From contig CM000150.2 of the NCBI GenBank assembly GCA_000004695.1, positions 1,728,001 through 1,792,000 of the forward strand: a stretch of 64,000 nt of DNA, read 5' to 3'. Shown piece by piece: positions 1 to 27,000 of this stretch. Origin of the DNA: Dictyostelium discoideum. Taxonomy: Eukaryota. The notes beneath the pieces were generated by a model. The model had not been told where the DNA came from. It did no database searches and worked only from the letters and a program-made list of their open reading frames with translations. The translations under genes were made by a program, and so were the position numbers. How positions within the stretch are numbered: position 1 is the stretch's first letter; each line of letters begins with the position of its first letter.

Positions 1-832
1 ATTATCAAATCCAAAGATTGCAATTATTTTGTTTAATTGTATTATAATTGCAAGTGGTATGAGTGTTTGTAATAATTATTTAGCATTGATTATAACAGAT
101 GTGAGATATTTTAATTCATCAACATCTTTAGTTGGATTTGCGTCAATATTGAATGTAACATTTGAAATTGCATTCTTTTATTTCGGTAAACAATTATTGA
201 TGAAAATTGGTATTTTCAAATTAATTATACTAGCACATTGTGCATTAATTACAAGAGTTGTAGCATATTCAATATTGTTAAGATTGAATGCAAATGGGTG
301 GTGTATTGTACCAATTGAGTTATTACATGGTATTGTATTTGCAAGTTGTTGGAATTCAGGTAGTAGTATAATCAATGCCAATTCACCAGCAGGTTTAGAA
401 GCGACTGGTCAAAGTCTATTCTTTGGAGTTTATATGGGATTTGGTACAAGTTTGGGTGCATTACTCGGTGGTCTCCTATTAAATAGTTACGGTCCAATAA
501 CTATGTTTCAATTTGTAGCTGCAATTGTAACTTTTGGTTTATTAATTTTCTTAATTGCTGAATTCCTTCTATACAGTAAAGAACCACTTAAAAATAAAAA
601 ATTATTAAAACAAAAAGAAGAAATTGAATTAAAAGAACAACAACAAAAGCAAAGTGAATCAAAAGAAAAAGAAAAAGAAAAAGAAGAAGTAGAATTAAAT
701 TTACAATTTAATCAAATTTTAAAAGATGAACTTGAAAAAAATAAAGAATTAATTGAAGATGAAGCTAAATATAATAATTTAATAATTAATAATGTTAATG
801 ATGAAATTATTCATAGTTCAACTTTATTATAA
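1..832 (+). CDS. 3' portion of a gene for a multi-pass membrane protein of the major facilitator superfamily (MFSD6-like C-terminal half) with a Lys/Glu-rich tail; the gene starts upstream of the window
   Basis: The frame is open from position 2, and the track ORF 29..832 begins at an internal TTG. Hydrophobic helices carry Gly-rich motifs (GIVFASCWNSGSS, GFGTSLGALLGGLLL) typical of MFS transporters. A charged KEKEKE tail precedes the stop at 830-832. Confidence 0.5.
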   Translation, partial: LSNPKIAIILFNCIIIASGMSVCNNYLALIITDVRYFNSSTSLVGFASILNVTFEIAFFYFGKQLLMKIGIFKLIILAHCALITRVVAYSILLRLNANGWCIVPIELLHGIVFASCWNSGSSIINANSPAGLEATGQSLFFGVYMGFGTSLGALLGGLLLNSYGPITMFQFVAAIVTFGLLIFLIAEFLLYSKEPLKNKKLLKQKEEIELKEQQQKQSESKEKEKEKEEVELNLQFNQILKDELEKNKELIEDEAKYNNLIINNVNDEIIHSSTLL

Positions 833-956
833 ATATATATATATAAATAAACCTAGGTTTTTTTTTAATAATTAATATTGTACATTTTATTTTTTTTTTT
901 TGGGGAATTCTGAAACTTTTTTCTTTTTTTTTTTTTTTTTTTTTTTTTTATTATTA

Positions 957-4034
<3,078 letters not shown>

Positions 4035-4245
4035 TTTGTCTTTTATTCATTATCTTTTTCTTTTTTTTTTGAATATTTTATATTTTTATTTCTATTATAT
4101 TATTATATTATATATTATTCATGTACAATTTGAATGAAACAAATAAAAAAATTATAAAAAATAAAAAAAAAAAAAAAAAAAAATAAATTTAAAACTTTAA
4201 TTTTTATTTTTATTTTTATTTTTTATTATTTTTGTGGGTCAATGG

Positions 4246-4281
<36 letters not shown>

Positions 4282-4576
4282 TCATGGAATGACTTAAAAA
4301 ATTAACTCTTCAAAATTAAAATTTCTTCCACTCACCAAAAATTTTTGATTTTGACTGTTTAAATATTAAAATTATAATAATTTTAAAGAAAAAAAAAAAT
4401 TTTAAAAAATTAAAAATAAAAATATTTTACCCTATAAAAAATTTATTTGTTTATTTTTTTTTTTTTATCTATTTTTAAAAAAAAGAATGTTGGTCCGTGG
4501 ATTTTGGAATTTTCATCTTTTATTGGTTAACCTTTTTTAAAAAAAAAAATAAAAAAAAATAAAAAATAAAGATTAT

Positions 4577-4696
4577 CTATTCACCATTTGAATTTGAATT
4601 TGATAATCTTTCTGCTAATGATTCCATATAATATTGACTTTTAACTTTTTTCTTTTTTGTGGTTGGATTATTATCATCATTATTATTATTATCATT

Positions 4697-4727
<31 letters not shown>

Positions 4728-5340
4728 TCATTTTTATTATTATCATTTTTATTATTATTATTTAAATCATTAACAGATTGTTGATTAATTGGTGGCAAAA
4801 TTGGAGCAAAAATAGGTAAATTATTAATTTCATTTTCATCTAAACTACTCATTGAATTTAAACAATTGATTAATGAATATGGTGAAAATGGTATCATTGT
4901 TGATTGTTTTCCATTTATTGTTGTTTGTATTGAGTTTAAACTTGTAAACAAAGAACTATCAATATTATTACCATTTGTTGTTGTTGCTGTTGTTGGTATT
5001 GGCGTTGATGTTGATGTAGAAACATTGTTATTATTATTATTATTATTATTATATTTATTATTGGAATAATTTGAAATTGATTTTGATACTTTTGGTTTCA
5101 TTATTGTAATTGGTGAAGAATTTGTTGTATTTGATTTACTTTTTGAAGTTGATTGAGAAGGAAATAAATTATCAATTGTTGGTTCAATTTTCAATCTTGG
5201 AGTTCTTGTTGATTTGTATTTAAACGTAGACATTAGCTCTTTTTGTGAAACTCCATTACCACTTAAGCCACTATTTCCAACATTACTTGGTACCAATGAA
5301 TGTTTATATTTTGCACTATATCTATGATGAGTTTTTTTAA

Positions 5341-5377
<37 letters not shown>

Positions 5378-5416
5378 TAAATCTTCGCTACTATTATTTT
5401 TATTATTTTCATTCAT
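4577..5416 (-). CDS. hypothetical Asn/Ser-rich low-complexity protein (279 aa)
   Basis: Long ORF with Dictyostelium-type poly-N tracts and flanking AT-rich non-coding DNA; no recognisable domain. Confidence 0.35.
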
Positions 5417-5948
5417 TTTTCCTTTTTTATTATAAAATATAAAAAATTGGAAATCTAAAAAAAAAAAAAAATTAATTAAACAATTTTTTAAAAAAAAATT
5501 AATAAAAAAAAAAAAAATAAAAAATAATTGGGTTAAGAATATATTTTTATTATCTTTTAAATTTGTGGAATCAAAAAAATAAAATAAAAAAAAAAAAAAG
5601 TGTTTAAAAAATATTTCATTTACAAAGAAAAGGATTAAAAAAAAATAAAATAATAAATAAAATTAAAAATTAAATAAATAAAAAAAAATATAACCAAATA
5701 AGAAAAAAAAAAAAAAAAAATGAAAATGAAAAGACAATATTGGTTTTAAATTGTTAAAATAAGTTTTTTTTTTTTTTAAATATGAATTATAATTTATATT
5801 TTTTTATTTTTTTTTTTTTTTTTTTTTTTTTTATTTTATTTTATTTTATTTTATTTTATTTTATTTTATTTTTTTTTTTTTTTTTAGTTTGAACCTTTGG
5901 TTGAGTGAGAGAAGTGGAGATAGGAAAAAAGAATTTTTAAAAATGAAT

Positions 5949-7414
5949 TTATTGAGCTTCAACTTCAACATTTTTATTTTCAGTTGAATTTGAGGTAGCG
6001 TTGTCATCAATTGGAGCAACTGGAGTTGGTTCTTCAGTGGTGGTGGTAACTTTTTCATCAGCAGATTTTTCTTTTTCAGCAGTGGTGGTGGTAGCGGCAG
6101 TAGCAGCAGCTTCTTTATCAGCTTTGGCTTTTGCTAATCTTTCTTCCATTTGAGTTGCAGATAATTTTGAATAATGATCTTTCTTTGATTTAATTTGGTC
6201 AATATATTCAGGGATATCAGAGTATTTTGGTGGTGGAGCCATTGAGAGTTTTTCGAAATCAGAGAAGATCTCTAATGGATGTCTGATGGTATCTGGTTGA
6301 GCTTTTGGTTGTTGTTGTTGGAGTGCTTTCTTCTTTGGATTTTCACGATTCTTTGAGACTTTCTCCTTTTTGACGAGAACGAAACCCTCTTCAATTTCAG
6401 CGATATTACGATCCAAAGCAGATTGTTCATTGGTGGTTTCCTTTGGAGTGATAGCTTTGAGATAAGAGATGAGAGAATCACAATTGTTCATTTCCTTCTC
6501 GTAAGGTACTTTGAGGAGATCCTCTTGGATTCTTTTCTCCTCTTCGGCTTTCTTCTTTTCGAGGAGTTCTTGTCTACGTTGTTCTTGTTCGAGTTTACGT
6601 TGTTCTTGTTCGAGTTTACGTTGTTCCTTACGTTTGACGACGTGAGCCTCGAGCAAAGCCTTCTCCTCCTCGATATCCTTTTTAATCTCCTCGATGAAGC
6701 CACGAGAGGCAACAAACTTGTCGTTGTTCTCCTTGATCTCTGTCTCAACGTCTTTACGTTGTTGTTTGAGTTCCTTGAGAACGGCCTCTTGCTTCTCTCT
6801 TGGCTCCTCTGGCTTGATTTGAGCGCTCAACTCGTTGACTTGAGCTTTTTGTTCAGTGACTTGTTTCTTGATCTTTTCAAACTCGTTCTTGACTCCATAG
6901 TATTCGGTGACGTATTTCTTGCTGGAATTGACTTGAGACAATTTCTTCAAGAGGGCACGTTGTTGGTTTGGGTTGGTCTCATTCTCGACTTGCTCTTCCA
7001 ATTCACGAATTCTCTCTTCGATTGAACACATGGTGTCAACCTCTTCGGCGTTCTTGCTGATCTTTATTGGTAATTGGTCTTCGAGACTGATCAATATCTT
7101 CTTCTTCTCCTCTTGTGTTGCCATCAAGGCCTTTAAGGTATTACGTGCCTCAATGGTTTGGGCTTTCATTGGATCTGATGTACGACTCTTATTACCTTCA
7201 TAAATCTTTTCGATTGACTCTTTGTATCCAGTATGTTTCTTTTTTAATTCAACCATATCTTTCTTTAAATTTTCTAAATTATTATTAATCTCTACTATTT
7301 TATTTCTAAGTTCATTAATTCTCTTTTGATGTGCATCATAAACTGGATCTGGTGGGTATTTATTATCTTTATTATCTGAATTTGTATTATTATTATTACC
7401 GTCTCTATTATTTA

Positions 7415-7448
<34 letters not shown>

Positions 7449-7538
7449 GTTTTGTTTTTTTTCACCACCTTTGGTGTTATTATTTTTATTATTTGTAGTG
7501 GTAGTAGTTGTAGTTTTTTTAACTGATTTATCTGACAT
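5949..7538 (-). CDS. coiled-coil protein (529 aa) with Lys/Glu-rich heptad regions and an internal tandem RKLEQEQ repeat
   Basis: The ORF has a clearly higher GC content than its surroundings and long predicted coiled coils (ELRNKIVEINNNLENLKKDMVELKK). A 27-nt direct repeat at 6573-6626 encodes EQRKLEQEQRKLEQ. No enzymatic motif is present. Confidence 0.5.
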
Positions 7539-7971
7539 TTTTTAAATTATATATATATTTTGTTTTTTTTTTGTTTTTGTTTTTTGATAATAATAATTTT
7601 CAATCTCTTTTTTTATGAATGTAATATTATATGTTTTATGTTATTTATTTGATATTATAAAAAATTAATTTATAAATAAAATAAAAGAGGTTTGGAAGAA
7701 AAAAAAAAAAAAAAGAAAAATTATTATAACTTTTTTTAGAATACAAAAAGATGAAAAAAAATAAAAATAAAAAAAAAAAAATTTTAAAAAAAAAAAAAAT
7801 TCACACTTTTTTTTTTTTTTTATTTTTTTTTATTTTTTTTTTTTAATATTGGCATGATCTTTTTTTCAACAAAAGTCAATTTTTTTTTTTTTTATATTTT
7901 TAATTTGTCAAATGACAGTGCATGTTGTCAGTTATCACCCAATTTTTTCCATTTCCATTTCCATTTCAAGG

Positions 7972-8030
<59 letters not shown>

Positions 8031-8096
8031 CATAAAATATAATAAAAAATATATTTTTTTTTTTATTTTTTTTTTTAAAAAAAAAAATTATTTTCT

Positions 8097-8489
8097 TTAT
8101 TTGGTTTTTTTTTTTTTTAAACCAGAAGAGTTATTTTTATCCTCCCTTAAAGAATTTATAGTTGGTTGGAAATATAATTGAATTAATAAAATAAAATTTG
8201 AAATAAATAACATTAGTGAACTTGTTGAAGTTGATGGATATGTATTCCAAGCATATTCAGTAATACACATAAATCCAATTCTAAAAAATATAAAAAAAAA
8301 AAAAAAAAAAAAAAAATAATTAGTAATGTAGTTCTTAAAATAAAAAATAAAAATAAAATTTTTTTTTTTTCGATCATCTGATTGTTGTTGACGACATCTG
8401 CACCAAAAAAAAAATTATTTTTCGTTTTCATTTTTTTTTTTTTTTTTTTCCACTTTTTTTTTTTTTTTCCATTTTTTTTTTTTTTTTTT

Positions 8490-8532
<43 letters not shown>

Positions 8533-9372
8533 ATTGATTAAAAAAAAATATATTACTTACTTTAAAAATAAATTATAATTTGTTGACCAAAGTAAAAATG
8601 GTAATGTGTGGAAATACCATAAATAAAATTGATAATGTAATGATCTTGAGAATGTAACACCAATAAGATTAATAGTAAACATTATCAATAAAATATAATT
8701 TACCGATAAAAGTTTTGGATTTTGATTAATACTACCTCTTTTTAATATATTTGAAATACCACCTTGTTCTTTCCTAAAATAATAAAATTTAATTAATAAA
8801 ATTAATATTATTATTATTATTTATTATATTATTATTTGAATTTGAATTTGAATTTGAATATTTGTATATATAAACTTACTTTATATATTTTATAAAAAAT
8901 AAAATTATAAATAATAAATGAATTGATAATAAGAATAAAGCCCAAGATTTGTTGAGGAAAAGATGTTCAGGTAAGAATCTCCAATTTACAGTCCATTTGT
9001 ATAAGAATTGACGAGAGAATTCGAAAGCACGTAATAGATAACCTTGAGGATTAACCATCAGGAATGGAATTGCTAATAACACTTGAACCAAGCCACAAAT
9101 CATTAGTTTTGGTATAGTTCTCCAAATACCAAATGTTGACAATAACAAAAACAATAAAGCTGGTGAGTATAATAGTACATTCATCTTTACACTAACTGAA
9201 CAACTGAAAAATAAACAACCTAAATTCCATCTACCTTTAATTATTAAATATAATGAAATATAAAATAATAACATTGATATACAATCATTAAACATACGAA
9301 GTGCAAATATTGAATGAATTCTTTTTGATAAACATAAAAATATTATAATATAAAATGGTATTTTTAAAAATA

Positions 9373-9421
<49 letters not shown>

Positions 9422-9900
9422 TGATTTATTTGTGATTTGTTTAATAGATTCTTTAATTGATTCACCATAAATTGAAAATACTATAAATGTTAATAATATA
9501 TAAATTGCTGCAAATATATATTGTGCTTTTAATATATTTAATCCATTTTCTGTTAAATTATATAATAAACTGAAAACATATAAATGTCCAGCTGGATAGA
9601 CACATGGTCCTGTATCTCCTTCAATCTTTGTATAATCATAAATTCCTTTTAAAAATACTTCAACTTGTTGAACATATGTACTCCAATCAATTTCTGTATC
9701 TACATATATATACATATGTTAATGATGTTCATCATCTTATTATTATTATTAATTAGTGTTTGTTTGTTGTACTTACATTTTACATAATCAATGATTATTT
9801 TATTAATACATAGTTCATAAATCATTAAAAATGATGCTAATGTATAAAAACATTTGATTTGATTATTTTTAATGAATGGAAGAACTTTATTTTCGATCAT
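8097..9900 (-). CDS. alg3: ALG3 dolichyl-P-Man:Man5GlcNAc2-PP-dolichol alpha-1,3-mannosyltransferase, 4 exons, about 446 aa
   Basis: Exons (minus strand) are 9900..9777, 9699..8880, 8773..8561 and 8280..8097. The introns 9776..9700, 8879..8774 and 8560..8281 all have GTAAGT donors and AG acceptors with consistent phases. Hallmark ALG3 motifs are present: [46 protein letters not shown] and [14 protein letters not shown]. Confidence 0.85.
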
Positions 9901-10890
9901 GATCTTGAATTTTGTTGATTTTCCACAAACATTAATAAAAAAAAAAAAAAAAAATAAAAAAAAATTTTAAAAATTAAAAAAAAAAAAAAAAAAAAAAAAA
10001 TAAAAAAATAAAATCTTTTTTTATTTTTACATTTGTTTATTTTGTTTTTTTGTTTTTTTTTTTTATTATTTTTTTTAATTTTTTAAATGATAAACAACCA
10101 AAAAAAGAAAAAACAATTCCCAATAATTAAATTTGTTTTTATTCAAAAATTTTATTAAAAAAAAAAAAAAAAATTGCACATGGTGTTTGTTAACTTCATC
10201 AAAATTTAATATACATTTCACCCAAAATTTTTTTTTTTCTCTTTTTTTTAAAACACTAAACACTACTTACATATGGTCATCCTAACATTTGTATAAAAAT
10301 TTAAAAAAAAAAAAAAAAAAATATAAAAAAAAAAAATAATATAAAAAAAAACAATTAATTAAAAAAAAAAAAAAAAAAAAAAACAAATTATTGTGTGTAT
10401 TTCATTTTTTTAATTTTATTTTATTTTTTTTTTTGTTAATTATTATTAATATAAGAAGTTTTTTTTTTTTTTTTTTTTTTTTGAACCATTAAATAACTTC
10501 ATCATTCATAATATTGTTAGTATTTTTATATTAATGATTTTTGTTTGTTGTTGGACTTTAATATAAAAAAAAAAATAAAAAAATAAAAAAATAAAAAAAA
10601 AATAATATATAATATAAATTAAAATTTTAAACATTAAATGATTGTATAATAATAGAAATAGTAATAACAAAAAAAAGTAATAAAATAATAAAGTAATAAT
10701 TGTTCAAAATTAGATAAATTTAAAAAATAATAAATAAAAATAAATAAAAATAAAATAAAAAATAAAAAAAAAAAAAATAAAAAAAATAAAAAAAATAAAA
10801 AAATATATTAATAAAAAAAAAAATATATTAAAAAAAAAAAATAAAAAAAGAAAAAAAAAAAAAAAAAAATAAACATTTTTTTAAAACAAA

Positions 10891-17341
<6,451 letters not shown>

Positions 17342-19124
17342 AATAAAAAAAAAATAAAAATAAAAATAAAAAAAAAAAAAAAAATAATAATGTAATGATA
17401 AAATAATAATAATAACAATAATAAATAAATAATAATACTACTTTTTTTTTTTTTTTTTAATATTTAAATCGTGATCCAATCAAAAATATAAAAAATTATT
17501 TTTAATTTGATTTATTATCTATTAATCAATGAATAAAAATTTTTTTAATCCAGATAAAATAAAAGTTCGATTCATATTAATTAATGGTAAAACTGACAAT
17601 TATGATTTTTTGAAGTTTTAATAAATTTCAAATTTTATTTCATTTAAAATATAAAAATTTATAATATAAATTTTATTTATTTTATTAATTAAAAATTCAA
17701 ATAAAAACAATAATTTGATTTTTTTTAAATCTTTCCATTTAGTCATCTAGATAATTCCAAAATCTAACCCTAAAAAATTTAAATCCTCAAATCCAAACTA
17801 TTTTTTATTTTATTAAAAATTTTGAAAATTGTAAAACGAAATCAAAAATAATAAAATGACTCCACACTTATTAAACAATAAAAAAAAAATAAAAAAAATT
17901 AAACACAAAACAGACAAATAAAATAAAAAAATAATTGTGTTTTTATTAATTTTAAAGATATACCGAATTTTATAAAAATCAAAAAAAAAACTAACCCATG
18001 TATATATATGTATATATATAATAAAAAAAAAATAATTAACTTTGGTATTATTTTATTTATTTTGGTTGTTTTGATTAAATTGGGTTATGCTTATGTAGTG
18101 AAAATCAACCAAAAATGATAATTATATATAAAAAAAAAATAATAAATAATTATTTTTAGTTTAACCCGAAATAATTTTAACCTCAGATCTAAAATGATTT
18201 AATTTTTATTATTTTTTTACTTAAACAAGGGGTGGTTGGTAGTTTTTAAAAAATAATGAAAAAAAAAAAAAAAAAAGGTTAACAACTTAAAGAGTTGTTT
18301 TTTTTAGTGTTTTGAATTACTTTTTACCACATTCTATCATTGATCAGTTTCAAAAACATGATCATTTAATAATTAACTAACAAATCTTGGTTTATTAACA
18401 TTTAAAAGTTTTTGTTCTGAAAAAAAAAATAAACTAAAATAAAATAATAATAAAAAAAAAAAAAAAAAAATGTTGCCATACACAAATATATTCATTCATT
18501 CTCTGATTTTTAAAAAAATAGGAAATAATCTAAATTTTTATAATAAAAATCCAATGAATATATCACCTCAAATTTATTAAATTATACGTCTACTCTCTCT
18601 CTCTCTTTTTAAAATTTTACATATTTAAATTATTTCAAATTTGTAAAAATTAAAATTTTATTTAAAATAAAATATTATACAAAAAAAAAAAAAAAAAAAA
18701 AAAAACTATAAATACCAATTTTAAAAATAAATTTTTTTTCATTATTAACTTATTTATTTATTTATTTATTTATTTAAAAAAAAAAAAAAAAAAAACAATT
18801 TAAACTTTATTACATTTTATTATTTTAAAATATGGCAATTTTTAGTAAATATTTTTTTTTATTAGAAATAAAAAATAAAAAGATTAATAAAAATATTAAC
18901 AAATATAAATTAAAATTTTTTAAAGATAATATTTCAAAAAATTCATTAAATATTAAATCAAATAATTTAATTATTAATCAAAATTTTAATCAAAATTTAA
19001 ATCATACCCAAAATAATATTACAAGAATGTATACTTCAAGTAAATGGGTTTATGTTTCATTTTATTATGAAAGAAATTCTTGTTCTCTTGGTAGTTATTA
19101 TTAAAATAAATATTTTTTTTAAAA

Positions 19125-19172
<48 letters not shown>

Positions 19173-19428
19173 TTCATAAATCATTTATTTAATTATTTTA
19201 AATAAAAAAAAAAAAAAAGTAATATTAAATTTGTTATATTAATACAAAAAAAAAAAAAAAGAGAAATTACATTATTATTATTTTTTTTTTTTATTTAATT
19301 TTAATGATTAAAAAAAAAATTGTAATTTCGTTAGTTATTACCCATTTTATTTTTACCAAAATTTTATAAATGATTAAGAAATTTGATTTATCTTTTTTTT
19401 TTTTTTTTTTAAATAAATCACTAGTCGA

Positions 19429-19461
<33 letters not shown>

Positions 19462-19505
19462 TTATCAGTAATATTATGCGTATAATGAGTATTGGTATTT
19501 TTTTT

Positions 19506-22802
<3,297 letters not shown>

Positions 22803-22964
22803 ATTTAAAATTATTACTACCTTTTTTTAAAAATTATTTAGTAGTAACAATAGTACCTTTTTTATTTTTTGAAAAAAGAAAAAAAAAAAATTTTAAAAAA
22901 AAAAAAATTTAAAAAAAAAATAATTTTATTTTAGGCAAATAATTATTTTTTGAAAAAAAAAAAA

Positions 22965-22995
<31 letters not shown>

Positions 22996-23036
22996 TTTAA
23001 AAAAGGCGGGATGTTTGAAATATATAATAAAATAAA

Positions 23037-23082
<46 letters not shown>

Positions 23083-23139
23083 AAAAAATTTTCTTTATTA
23101 ATTTTTTGTTTAGAAAAAAAAAAAAATAAATAAAAGAAT

Positions 23140-23197
<58 letters not shown>

Positions 23198-23520
23198 TAA
23201 TAACAATAATAAAAACCAAACACCATCACACACCATTAAAAATTGCTTAATCAAAAATTTTTTTTTTTATTTTTTTTGTTTTTGCTTTATTCCCAAAATT
23301 ACAATGATTTTTTTTGTTTTTTTAATTTTTTAATTTTTTAATTTTATTTAAACATTATTATTTTTTTTATTATTTTTTTTTTTTATTTTTTTTATTACTT
23401 TTTTAATTTATTCTTTTTTAATATATTTGTTTTATTAAAATGATTTTTTTTTTTTTTTGATTAAACAAAATGAAACGCAACTTTTCCAGAGGTCTTTTTT
23501 TTAATTTTTTTATTTTTTTT

Positions 23521-23565
<45 letters not shown>

Positions 23566-23918
23566 CAAAAAAATCTTTTTTTATATTTTTTTTTAATTTT
23601 TTTTTTCAATATATTTAAAACCACACACAAAAAAAAAGTATAATTATAGATCAACCGAGATTATTAATATTATTATCATTATAGTTTTTTTATAATTTTT
23701 TTTATAATATCTCAATATTAAATTGTGTTTGTGTGTATTTTAAAATTTATTGTGTGTTATATGTATGCTTATAATTCATACCATTAAAAAAATTTAAAAA
23801 AAAAAAATATATTCACATAAAATATAAATATATTTAATTTTTTTTTTTTTTTAAAAAAAAAAAAAACAATATTTTGTAGAACATTTGCGTGTGTGTGTGT
23901 ATATTGTATATTTATTTG

Positions 23919-23952
<34 letters not shown>

Positions 23953-24058
23953 TTCTATAAAAGTGTAATTGTATATAAAAACTAGAATAAAATAATAATA
24001 ATAATAATAATAATAAAATTAAAAACATAATAGCTTCCTCCCCATAAAATACAACAAA

Positions 24059-26689
24059 ATGGGTGATATTCAAAATACAGATAATATAGAATCAAATATA
24101 GATAATAATAATAATAATAATGTTTCATTAGAATCATCATCATCATCACAAAATAATAATACAAATACAACTACAACTACAACTACAACATCAGTTGATA
24201 ATTTACAAGTTGGAGTATTATCAATTAGTGATCAATCAACACCAACAATTGAAACACCAAATCAACAACAACAACAACAACAAGATGATAATAATAGAGG
24301 TGTATCAAATGAAACAATTAAAGCATCATTAGATGGATTAAAACATAATTCATTAAAAACAACATTTCCAAATTCAACAAATCATCAATATATTGATGTT
24401 AATACGCAATGGATAACAAATAAATTAAAAGAGAGAGAATCTGAATTTACAGAGAAAAGAGGTATGAGTATATTTTTAGGTACATGGAATGTAAATGGTA
24501 AAAAACCATCGGAATCATTAGATCCATGGTTAAAAGATCCATCAATGTCATTACAACCCGACATTTATGCAATTGGATTTCAAGAATTAGATTTAACAGC
24601 AGAGGCATTGCTATTGGGTGACACAACCAGATCATTACCATGGGAACAACACATTTTAAATACATTACAAGGTGACTATGTTAAACTATTAAGTAAACAA
24701 TTGGTTGGTATATTATTATGTGTTTACGTTAAAAAAGAACATAAACCACATATTGCAAATGTTCAATCCGATATTGCAGCCGTTGGTATAATGGGTATGA
24801 TGGGTAATAAAGGTGGTGTTGCAATTAGATTTTCATTTTATAATACAACCATCTGTATTTTAAATTCTCATTTAAATGCTCATATGGATAATGTTTTACG
24901 TCGTAATCAAGATATGAAAGATATTTCAAAAAATATTAAATTTATAAATGAATCTTCAACTGATCATTCAACTATAAATATTTTTGATCATGAGTAAGTT
25001 AAAAAAAAAAAAAAAAAAATTAATTTTATTATAAGAATCATTTCAAGTTTGTGCACACTTTTTTTTTTTTTTTTGCAATTAAAAATATTTTTATATGGGG
25101 GGTACTCATATAAAAATAATATTAATTTTTCAAATTTTTGAAAAAGTTTGTAAAAACTTGAATGATTTTCATAATATATAATTTAATAAAAAAAAAATAT
25201 ATTAATAATAATATTTTTTTTTTTTTTTTTTTTTTATTTTTTTTTTAAAAAAAAAAAAAGTCAATTATTTTGGATTGGTGATTTAAATTATAGAATACCA
25301 TTACCAGATAATGAAGTTAAAGAAAAAATTAAAAAAAAAGATTTTTATAATTTATTTTTAGTTGATCAATTAAATCAACAAATGAAAGCTGGAGCAGTAT
25401 TTGAAGGATTTCAAGAACCACCAATTAGTTTTGCACCAACTTATAAATATGATGCAGGTACAGAAGAATATGATAGTAGTGAAAAGAAGAGAACACCAGC
25501 ATGGTGTGATCGTATACTTTGGAAAACTCATAAAAAAGCTGAAAATGTTGGTATTTTATCATACAAGAGAGCAGAGTTAATTTCATCAGATCATAGACCA
25601 GTTAGTGCATCATTTGTAATTAAAATTAAAGTTGTAATTCCAGATTCAAAAAATCGTATCTATCAAGAGATTGTTAAAGAATTGGATAAAAAAGAGAATG
25701 ATAGTATGCCAGATGCAAATATCTCTACGAATATGGTAGATTTTGAAACTATTAAATTTATGCAACCAATTTCAAAACAATTAATATTTGAAAATATTGG
25801 TCAAGTTATTGCACGTTTTCAATTTATACCAAAGCTAGATGAAACAATACTTTGTAAACCTTGGTTAAAAATTTCACCATTAGCTGGTATGATGATACCA
25901 AAAGAAAAAGTTACAATTGATTTAACAATTTATGTTGATAATTTAACATCTGGTTTATTTAATATTAATAATAATTCAACAAATTCAACAAATGAATCAA
26001 TGGATGATATTTTAATTTTACATTTAGAAAATGGTAAAGATTATTTTATTTCAATTTCAGGTAAATTTCAAAAAACTTGTTTTGGTAATACATTGGATAA
26101 TTTAGTTAGATATCCACATCCAATTCGTAATAATTTACCAATACCACCTGAACAAAAGAAATTATCAATTCCAAAAGAATTGTGGAGAATAATTGATTAT
26201 ATTTATTATAATGGTTTAAAAGAGGAGGGATTATTTATAAAGAGTGGTGTAACCAAAGAAATGGAATTGATTCGTGATTGTTTAGATACCGCTGAACCAT
26301 TCTCTTCAATAAGTTTTTCAATTCATTCAATGGCTGAAACTTTAATTAGATTTTTAGAATCATTAGTTGAACCTGTTATACCATTCAATATGTATCAACA
26401 GGCGTTGGATGCTTCCTCTTCACCATTGTCTTGTAAAACTTTGGTTTCACATTTACCTTCGGTAAATTATAATGTATTCTTTTATTTAATCTCTTTTTTA
26501 ATTGAAACTTTATCAAATCAAAAAGAAAATGATTTAAAACCTGATCAATTGGCTATCATTTTTTCAACTGTTTTATTACGTCCTTCACCACAATCACAAT
26601 TATCACAATTCCCTCCTGATGCTACAACTGTTAAAAAGAAAGCTGATTTAATTTTACATTTTTTAATTTCAAAAGATTTAATTAATTAA
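24059..26689 (+). CDS. Dd5P4: OCRL-like inositol polyphosphate 5-phosphatase with C-terminal ASH and catalytically degenerate RhoGAP domains, 2 exons, 787 codons
   Basis: Exon 1 is 24059..24993 (donor GTAAGT at 24994). The intron 24994..25260 is 267 bp of A/T homopolymers. Exon 2 is 25261..26689 and its junction gives ...IFDHDQLFWIGDLNYRI. IPPc motifs are GTWNVNGK, AIGFQELD, KGGVAIRF, NSHLNAH, WIGDLNYRI, PTYKYD, PAWCDRILW and SDHRPV. The RhoGAP-like region is IPKELWRIIDYIYYNGLKEEGLFIKSG...FSTVLLRP. The 787-aa length matches my recollection of Dd5P4. Confidence 0.8.
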
Positions 26690-26913
26690 AAAAAAAAAAT
26701 TTTAAAAAAAAAAAAATAATAATAAATAAAAAAAATAAAAAAAATAAATAAAAATAATAGAAATAATAATAAATAATAAAAAAATAAAATATATATATTA
26801 TTTTATTTATCTTGTTTTTTTTATTTTATTTTTATTTTTACTATATATATATAAAATGTTTTACAAGTTTTTTATTTTATTTTTTTTTTATTTTATTTTT
26901 TTTTTTCTAATCA

Positions 26914-26949
26914 TTAATTTTCTGGTGTTGTTGAAGTGGTATTATCACT

Positions 26950-27000
<51 letters not shown>

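Noticed and set aside
9700-9900. Treating ORF 9700..9900(-) as an independent small gene
   Set aside because: It is exon 1 of ALG3 (MIENK...IIDYVK) joined via a 77-bp GTAAGT intron to the main exon.
18832-19104. 90-aa ORF in the 2-kb AT-rich intergenic region between acrA and the kinesin gene
   Set aside because: It has an Asn/Lys/Ile low-complexity composition typical of random AT-rich sequence, with no start context or conservation signal.
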